This document shows positions 58,096-64,000 of a DNA stretch of 64,000 bases, piece by piece (within the stretch, counting starts at the first letter, position 1; every line of letters begins with the position of its first letter). The stretch is taken from NCBI GenBank assembly GCA_964016885.1, contig OZ024746.1, positions 86,924,001 through 86,988,000 on the forward strand, given 5' to 3'. The notes beneath the pieces are model-generated. The model saw only the letters and a list, made by a program, of their open reading frames with translations. It was not told the DNA's origin and searched no databases. Source of the stretch: Eledone cirrhosa (Eukaryota). Position numbers and translations under genes: made by a program.

Positions 58096-60615
58096 TACAC
58101 ACACACACACATACACCCACACACACATATATATGCAGTTGATCATCTATATACTATATACTAACATATGTTAAACATTGTTTTAAGAGAAAATACACAG
58201 GCAAATTTCTAGTCATATATGAATTGCTACAGAGAACATAATGCGAGGTGAATTTTCCATTCCTGGCTGTTGAATTTGTGATTTAGTTATTTTGTATTTA
58301 TTCGGTCAATATTTCTTAGTAATACCGTGGAAAAGCAAACTTTCATTCTTCTTTTCAATTTACATTAACAAAGTTTGCCGCTTGTAAAATATAAATCATA
58401 ATATATTGAGAAAAAACGTGTGTATTTTCCATGGAAGGTTTCATATTTTCCCTATATAAAGTATGTAAAATGGATATAAATATAAATAATTCATGCTTTC
58501 AGCATAGCCTTGAGACGAATGTATCCATTTGCAAGTTCGAAATGAAATGGCGTTCCCCGCTTTAAGTATATTTTAGAAAATAACATATTGGTAGTGCAAG
58601 CTTGGGGAATACATTTCCAAATGCGGATTATAAAACGGCTAGCAGACGCGCTCTGTTTGGAGAACTTCTGTTTGTTTACTTATTTGAGTCGATGACTTTC
58701 AGTACATAAATATAAATAAGATAAGATAAGTATATAATATAAATATTCCTCTAAATTGTTTTTTCATATCTGTTCATATACTATATCATTAAAAATATGT
58801 TTTGACAGATTTCTTTTCAGATGTTAAATCTGATATCTAGTGTTTAATCTGCAATAACTATAATGTCTAAATTTATATAGTCTTTGGATCTATGGATAGC
58901 CCCGAAAATCAGACGTCATTATACATCCCTGGTCACAATGAATTTCCATTTTCCCCTTGATTGAAACTTTCTCTTCTATATTGACCCGAATCTTTGGCGG
59001 CTAACGCATACTCGAGATATTACCTTCAAGGTGAAACATTCTGAAGCAAGGGAAAAGCCGCATAGCCTTTGAATACATTTAGTGGCATCTACTCTGTTTG
59101 AAGCATTTGGGTAGTTTTCTTGGTTTGAAATTACCTGAGGCCCTCCTCAATATCAGAGATCCTACGAATGTTCTTGTATACAGCCTTCTCCTCTCTAACT
59201 GATCACTAAGATAAAAACATCAACTGACAAAATCATGTATGTGTGCTCCAAAAAAATTGGTTCCTGATTCAGTATTCCAATGTGATGTTACCATTTGGTA
59301 AGGAAAAAAACTATGTTGTTGTTATCCATACAATACCAGAACTAGACTGGCTAATATATACAGAGGGATTAGACGAAGATTTGCCTATTTGTAGCAAATC
59401 TAACTACCCTATAGATGCCTTGTTCGTTCCAGCAAAAAAGCTTGCGTCTTCTCTATGTAAATATATAGCACGCGCACATGTACAAGTACAAGGACCTCCA
59501 CACATACACTCGCACAATGACACGCGCACACACAAAACACGCAATACATTATGTTATCTCATTTCTTCGTATGTAGCCATGCAAGAAATAAGCCATCAAT
59601 GACTCAGACATTCATAATAGCCCAGTGGCTTAATGGTTAAGACAATTTGTGTCCTTGAACAATACACATTATTACACGCTGCCCCAGTTGATACAGCTAG
59701 CAAAAATCAGTTGTACAATGTCACGTTGAATTCCCATCAGAACTACGTTAAAACACGCCATTTTATAGAATGTTCAGCCACATACATGTTAGTTTCACCA
59801 GCTGATTGTTTCCTTGTTTGAACTAACCGAACACTCATTGTGCTTAAAGATGGAAGTCCAATACTCACATTCCAATACATGTTGACAATGTATTCATATT
59901 TGAGTGATTCATTTGTGGCAAACAATATCTACACACGATTAAACAATCTTGCCAAAGACTATTAAGTACACATTTTCGAAAGGGAATATCGCTACATTTC
60001 CCATTCAAAAATGTGTACTTAAATTTGGAGGATTAAACACGTACACAATATCTTGAATGACGTAAAACTTTCAAACTTAAGTCATTCAGTCTAAGGCACG
60101 AATTCACATTTATAAGGGTAAACGTCCTTGCATGTGGATATATACAGTAATGGCTAATAATCCAGCTAGTAATGCTAGATTTGATCAGCTTAGTGTGTAC
60201 ATTACAAAACAAAAAGATAAGAATAGGAAACGATTCACAGATGCACCAGCCTTCTAAAGTTCAACATGTGATACTCTATTTTAGAAATTCAAATATCAAC
60301 GGGGAATACTTGTTTCTACGTTAGTATCCATATAATTCCATACATACCTATGTACAAATTCACATACAGACACAAACAAACACACACGCACACATATATA
60401 TATATAAGCATGTATATATATATATATATTTATTAAAATAACAGATTAAAGTTTAAGCAAAGAATCGCTGCTTTCACCCTTATTATTACTATATATATAT
60501 ATATGTATATATATATAGTAATAATAATAAATTTGAAGACTAAAATCCAAAGAAGGCTCGATAAGGATAAATATATATCAAATATATAAGAACTGTAGAG
60601 CAAATATTTATTGAA

Positions 60616-60686
<71 letters not shown>

Positions 60687-60770
60687 TGCACACAAACACA
60701 CGCACCTATATAATATAAATATATATATAGAAAGAGAGAGGATATATATAGATATATATATATATGTTTG

Positions 60771-60926
60771 TCCCGGGTTCAATCGGGGGTAACCGCAGTA
60801 AGTAAGGTACCCAATACATAGCAGAGTATAAATATTTAATATAGAAACGGCTTCTACATAACTTCCTGATGATTTCTCCCGAATGAAACAGTTCTAGTCC
60901 TGCAGAAGCCATTTCTATATTAAATA
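60771..60926 (+). mobile_element. Short hairpin element with hammerhead core, copy 2
   Basis: Same leader and arms as 49280. Loop reads CTGATGA(60866)-TTTC-TCCC-GAAT-GAAA-CAG-TT-CTAGTCC. Confidence 0.75.
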
Positions 60927-60959
60927 CATACATATATATATATATACAATATATTAACA

Positions 60960-61970
60960 AATGGAAACTAAATATACAAAAGTAATCGGTAGTTGTCGTG
61001 ATAGAGTTATGTAATATGCTTCTGTAATACAGAGATCACAAGATTTTCTTCGTCCATTGAACGGTTGGGCCCTAGCCACGATATTCCATTTTAGTGAGTG
61101 TTGAACGTTGTTTAATTTAAGGTTTTTAATGAGCCTAGCTAGCGATGTCGAACATCCGTTGCTAGGGTCTCGGAAGGAAAAAGAGTGCGCGTTATAGCGT
61201 ACCTTAAAAGGGTTAGAGGTAGACCCGATATAAGAGCTGGTATTCGAAGCAGTTTTAACCGTGCACCTATAGACTATGTTGGGAGTCAGGCAGTGTCCAT
61301 TTAATGGGCATGCATTAGGGTAACGGCAGTTGCAGTTGCTTCTGCGGTTAGTGAGAGTAGGATAGTTTAACCTAAGCGGTAGGTCAGTGCTAGAAGGATT
61401 AGATGGGGGAGGTGTGCTACTAGAGTAATTATTGGGGTAGTGGCGTGGTGTATTTGATAGGGGTGGTGGTACCGCGTGTGGGTGTTATACTGTCTTAGTT
61501 TATTATGGTTACTGAATGCGATGTGGCTAGCTAGGTTAGATGTTGTGGAGAATGAGATTTTAATGTTATTTTTATAAAGAGTTTGTAATATCTATGGTTG
61601 GGGGGGGGGGGGTATTTAGATAGGATAGAGAAGAAGCGTTTAGGGATATTAGTGGCTAGATTAGATGAGAATGGGGGGTTTAGTCAGGTGATATTTCTAG
61701 GTCTATTCCTTCTAGGGGTTCTAGTGGAGTTGGTAGGGGCCTTGCTAGGATTATTATTACCAGGGGATTTGTTATTTGTCATCCCATTTCTCATTCCTAT
61801 TCAAGGGTTGATTTTTAGTTTGCTACTTGGAGTGGGGAGCAGGCCGCTGCCACCATTAAACTTCCCTGTATAGGTGCTGTTACTGCTAAAATTCCGGCGA
61901 ATCTGCCTATATGCTAAGGTATTTCTAGTTCTAGTGTTAAGTTTATCTAGGTGAATTGCTGTGTTATGGC
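60960..61970 (-). mobile_element. Penelope-like element fragment (linker + GIY-YIG), decayed
   Basis: Minus strand NPPFSSNLATNIPKRF, IKISFSTTSNL, CNC...NACPLNGHCL..NIVYRCTV, YIGSTSNPFKVRYNAH. Confidence 0.85.
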
Positions 61971-62060
61971 ATATATATATATATATTTTACTCTTTAACC
62001 TGTTTCAGCCATCCGGCTGAGGCTATGCAGGGGCACCTATATATACAATTAAGAAAAAAA

Positions 62061-62553
62061 TGTTTTCTCTCTACATGGCTGAGTACAATAAATGTAATCT
62101 GAGTTTTTCGAATATTAATAATAACATTCGATTTGTTTGCAATTATACAAACACGGCTCATTTTTCTAGCAATGTCAGTAGAATGAACCCTTCATTCTTG
62201 CTCTTGTGTTGGCATGTAAGCAGAACTGCTTTTGCCCAGTCTGCTGATATGCACATCTGGCTGATCAATAAATCTGCTAATATGCAGATCTGACTGATCA
62301 GCGGTCTGCTAATATGCACATCAGTCACTGTATACTTTAGAAAACAGCATATTTTCTCACTAGCTCTGATATTCTGCAGGTGAACAGTATGTACTGATGG
62401 AGGGTGATACCCAGAAACATTAGTGTCTGCATTTCTGTTTAGATGCCAACACAAGAGTTCATTCTACTGACATGGTTATAAGAATGAGGCTTGTTTGTAT
62501 AATTGCAAACAAATCGAATGTTATTATTAATATTCGAAAAAATCAGATTACAT
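62061..62553. mobile_element. Fold-back/MITE-like palindromic element, copy 2 (opposite orientation, longer interior)
   Basis: Arms match 975-1280. The interior has three ~33-bp tctgct(g/a)atatgca units (62240-62324). Confidence 0.75.
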
Positions 62554-63040
62554 CTCAATGTTATAGTTCTGGTATGTCAAATTAATACCATAGAACAACC
62601 ATTGTATCATAGACAACCTATATATTTCCAGGGGTACTTAGTACCTATGGGCATATTAACTTCTTTTAATATTCTCCGTTATGTAGAGAACAAATCTGTT
62701 CTATTTAGCTGCTATTTTTAGTGGTGAGGTAAACAACACGTCTATGTTTACTTCCGCTTCTACTACAGACTGGTTCATGTACAGGTCAAATTTTCGGCCC
62801 CATTCGATCCTGTGCTAGCTGGCAGATGGGAATATATTTTGCCGTTCCTGGGACTTTTAATCCTAGGAAAGGAAAATGCTTTCTGATGAACTAAACTTTT
62901 CCATTGGAAGTCCCCATGGATCTCCAATCTTTTGTGAAGTGAAACCGATCGGTAAAAGCAATTGGAATAGGTAAATATTTAAATTATATTTTTTTATTTA
63001 TTTTAAAAAATTGTTTGAATTTTGCTTGTTCTGCTTATCT

Positions 63041-63149
<109 letters not shown>

Positions 63150-64000
63150 TGTCTGCGTTTTAAATTTATGGCAAAAAATATATAATGTAAAAATTATGAT
63201 GGTACCTTACGTCCACATTTATAAATATAAAGATTAGGCAATCCTTCTAGTTCAGAAATGGTATCACGTATGGGCAACCAAGAACGCAATTTGTATATCT
63301 GTTTTGGTAGCAGATACTAAACTAAATTGAATTGTGACTCAATGATGAGGAATACGATTTTACTTTGCTGTACAGTTTAATAACATGAGTTAGATCCGTG
63401 TGTTCAACTAATGAAAAAATCATTGAAATAGCATTGGAAATGTCGATAATATATAGCAGAATTATTTGAATATTTTGATTAATCCATAACCATATCAAAC
63501 AATTCACACACATATGGGCAATATTTATAGGTTTCTCTAATACGTGAAAATGTCCGATATATTATCTTATATCCGATGGATGAAGGTGTATGAGGCTCCT
63601 ATGAAATAATCAGTGTTGTTGTATCAAAACTATATAATGATTTGCAATATCTTCTCAATTCGCAGACAGAAGCAATCATTCGCTTCAAACAGACTAAATG
63701 AATTCATAAATAAAGTAAAACTAATTTTCAGTGTTTCGTATAACTCATATCTCCCGGAATATAGGGTACAAAAAAGACACCATACACTTAATAGATATTT
63801 TTATTGAATTTCCGACGACATTTATGGGCGAGAGAATTATTTGATCTTTCAGACACAGTTAGGTTTCCATTAAATAGAAGAAATATAAATATGTTTTTCA
63901 AAGTGGTTTGCTATTAAAACGCAATTTCAATTTAAAGAAACAAAAGTTATAATGGTATTTTTTTTATAAATCATAAATATTCATGACATTAACATCTCTC

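Noticed and set aside
62240-62324. CRISPR-like short repeats
   Set aside because: Contiguous tandem units without unique spacers, in eukaryotic repeat context with no cas genes.

Overview
AT-rich eukaryotic (animal) genomic DNA, intergenic or deep intronic. I recognise no host protein-coding gene. The SINE families and repeat content point to an octopod cephalopod (inference). The window is a mosaic of several parts. (1) Very long (TA)n/(CA)n microsatellites, which generate all the long IYIY/VCVC 'ORFs'. (2) Five decayed Penelope-like retroelements (PLE; RT + GIY-YIG). (3) A 5'-truncated Tx1/L1-clade LINE plus two old fragments, R4/Dong-like and RTE-like LINE remnants. (4) Many tRNA-derived SINE copies and a few MITE-like elements. 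The most striking unexplained structure is a dense set of non-coding fold-back (inverted-repeat) elements. Several carry minimal type I hammerhead ribozymes (CUGANGA..GAAA core, palindromic stem III, often followed by AATAAA), with one ribozyme on each strand. They include a U3-A8 covariant core and a recurrent U-U pair at the base of stem II. These look like non-autonomous, ribozyme-bearing PLE derivatives. All calls were made by eye; no database search or folding computation was run.
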